A DNA stretch of 63,796 nt, counting the filler, from Globobulimina sp. (Eukaryota), in the NCBI GenBank assembly GCA_003354225.1. It is 38 parts of 38 records of this genome, joined end to end, with 100 filler letters (N's around TTAATTAATTAA, not from the genome) between each part and the next. Parts side by side here need not be neighbours in the genome. Positions count along the whole stretch, not along the records: positions 60,537 to 62,116 come from PIVH01014557.1; positions 62,217 to 63,796 come from PIVH01014558.1; 36 more parts are not named here. One strand, 5' to 3'. The notes below the pieces were generated by a model. It was given only the letters and a program-made list of their open reading frames with translations. It was not told the DNA's origin and searched no databases. A program made the position numbers and the translations under genes. Positions within the stretch are counted from its first letter, which is position 1; every line of letters begins with the position of its first letter. Positions 61,998-63,796 of the stretch are shown in pieces.

Positions 61998-62116
61998 GAA
62001 GTCACTGATTTAAAGAAATTAACAGAAAATATTAATTATGCCTTGAGAATTATTACATATATCATCCGCGAGAAACAACTATTAATGTCGGTACCTAAGC
62101 AACAATACATAGTATG
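61998..62116 (+). repeat. 119-bp exact repeat of the contig start 60537-60655
   Basis: Direct comparison. Confidence 0.97.
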
Positions 62117-62216
62117 NNNNNNNNNNNNNNNNNNNNNNNNNNNNNNNNNNNNNNNNNNNNTTAATTAATTAANNNNNNNNNNNNNNNNNNNNNNNNNNNN
62201 NNNNNNNNNNNNNNNN

Positions 62217-63794
62217 TCCAATGTAGCCATAATTTTCAACGGATACTCAGAATGACAGCGTCGTTTATCATCAAAGAGCCGCACGGTGCGGTCCGCTTTA
62301 TGCACAATCATAGTCCGCTCTTTTTTGGTGCCCCATTTGTTAATTTTCACAATGCGGTACACCACATTGCTCGTAGCCATGCCGGTGTACACATTGCCGT
62401 CATCCACCAACCCCTCAAACATCTCCGTGTCAAACCTCTCGCGGCCACCCCTCCCGATACGCAGCTGTCCGCCATTGGGATGGCTTTGCAACGACATGGA
62501 AGCCTCATCGTCGTCGTCATAAAAGCCATAGTTACCGCCACTATCCACAGCGCCATGGCCGGCCCCCGGACCCGTTGCTAACTGCATCATATTCATAGAA
62601 TGCGAGCGTGCATCTCTACCAATATCGCCATGCACATTTCCTATGGTCATACCCGGCGACATAGTGAGCTTTTTATTGGGCCGTTGTGTGATCATTTTGA
62701 GGTTGAATTTGCGTAATTTCTCGATCAAATCCCTAAACTCAATGCAGTGTCGATTGCTATCGAAGGTTAGAAAATAGTCCCTATTGTCATAGAATTTGAT
62801 TATAATCTGCCGTGCTTCAGACACACTGCCCACAATCACGTGGTCGCTGATGGACGACACGATGTGCTCCTTATGCGTCTTTCCATTCTTATCCTTGATC
62901 CGCAGCACTTGCAACGGTATGTCGAGCACAGCGACTCTATGCTTATCCCGTCCCAATTTGTTCCTTTTCTTGACGCGGTATTCCACAATGTGCGGTATAT
63001 TGGCCCCAAAGGTGTCCTGTATCATAGACGTGGAGGCCTCGACGTGGCCGCCATAAGGTTTTAGTTTATCGTTCAGAATATGCGCAGACGAGACAGTTTT
63101 GAGCCTATCGAAGCCTTTGCCAATGTGCCCGGGTAAGGATTTGAATTTATTTAACTGCAATTTATTCAAATTCAGTTTGGCTTTGTTTGCGGTGGCGAGC
63201 TGATGTGAGCCGTTTGAGCCGTTTGACTTTGGCGGATTTGAGTTGTTTTTATGCTCCATTTTCTGACGCGTGTCAAAATCGTATGTGTTTAGCAATATTT
63301 CCAATTCATCCTCACTCCATTCCTGGGTAGAAAAACACGCGAATTTGTTATGGAAACACTTGCGAAATTGCGGCATGAACGGATGGCGAGAAACAGCTGT
63401 ACTTAACATGCGAATCGTCGTCGAAGTCAGAATCGTCGAATAAATATTTAAAATGCACGGAATCTCGATGCGAACGGGTGGGGAAATCCGCTTTTTGCTT
63501 CTTCTGCGATCGCATCATAAATATGTTCATGGTTCCGGGCCGATATTCGGTCTCTAACTTCCTATGAAAACGCCTTGTGTGTGGCAACAAACTGGGATCA
63601 GATTTGGAGCGCGGCCGATTTTTGCGCCTGCAACATTTGGAGGTGTAGCGAGAGTGCAATACTTCGTGGCTGGATAAGCGGTGCTGTATTTTATAGCCGT
63701 TGTGCCGAAATATGTTATTTTGAGTCACACTCTCGTATTTGTCGTATTTTATGTCATCGATTATAACTTCCTCGTCGTCGTCGTCTTCGTTGTT
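62217..63794 (-). CDS. Hypothetical protein with two PH-like repeats, partial; intron 63323-63407
   Basis: An 85-nt intron joins the two ORFs in frame; YRVKKRNKLGRDKHR...LRIKDK and YRIVKINKWGTKKER...VRLFDDK are internal repeats. Confidence 0.65.
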
Positions 63795-63796
63795 GA

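Larger units (their letters stand above)
60537..62116 (+). mobile_element. Decayed non-LTR retrotransposon pol fragment (RT end plus RNase H), circularly permuted
   Basis: RNase H motifs GFTDGS...GGSG...ELDGV; RT motif FADD at 61965-61976; KYL(G)-like motif; stops and frameshifts; 119-bp terminal direct repeat. Confidence 0.75.

Noticed and set aside
1584-62216. TTAATTAATTAA recurring every ~1.68 kb as a biological repeat array
   Set aside because: Always centred in 44+44 N; a synthetic six-frame stop linker. ORFs ending in X...LIN are artefacts of it
1-63796. Genome-wide stop-codon reassignment
   Set aside because: Many long conserved genes translate cleanly in the standard code and TAA, TAG and TGA all end ORFs; most apparent internal stops fall in short introns

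Overview
This is not one locus. It is a concatenation of 38 unrelated contigs of about 1.58 kb (1583 bp falling to 1580 bp, i.e. length-sorted), joined by artificial 100-bp spacers (44 N + TTAATTAATTAA + 44 N), so neighbourhoods across spacers mean nothing. Most contigs come from an AT-rich microbial eukaryote with short 55-85 nt GT-AG introns; a foraminiferan or other rhizarian is my inference and is not proven. Recognisable partial genes include a two-pore channel, inorganic pyrophosphatase, a P450, Hook, TVP38/TMEM64, SNF8, USP deubiquitinases, RAE1, CCT7, ATP synthase OSCP, an FHA-parvulin, hexokinase, ALIX and a PPR protein, plus retroelement fragments (RLE-type LINE, RT/RNase H LINE, DIRS-like gag). 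The most notable observations are: (1) a giant-virus-like contig at 45414-46994 with an EamA-type transporter, a DUF1599 gene, a mini K+ channel with a TVGYS filter, AAAATTGA promoters and a possible virus-host junction; (2) a spliced gene with a SLATT-like 2TM effector domain that the ORF track misses (37543-38589); (3) a RAE1 with an MLLE/PABC-like domain inserted into its propeller; (4) a plant-style PLS-class PPR protein. All family calls are by motif recognition only; no searches were run.
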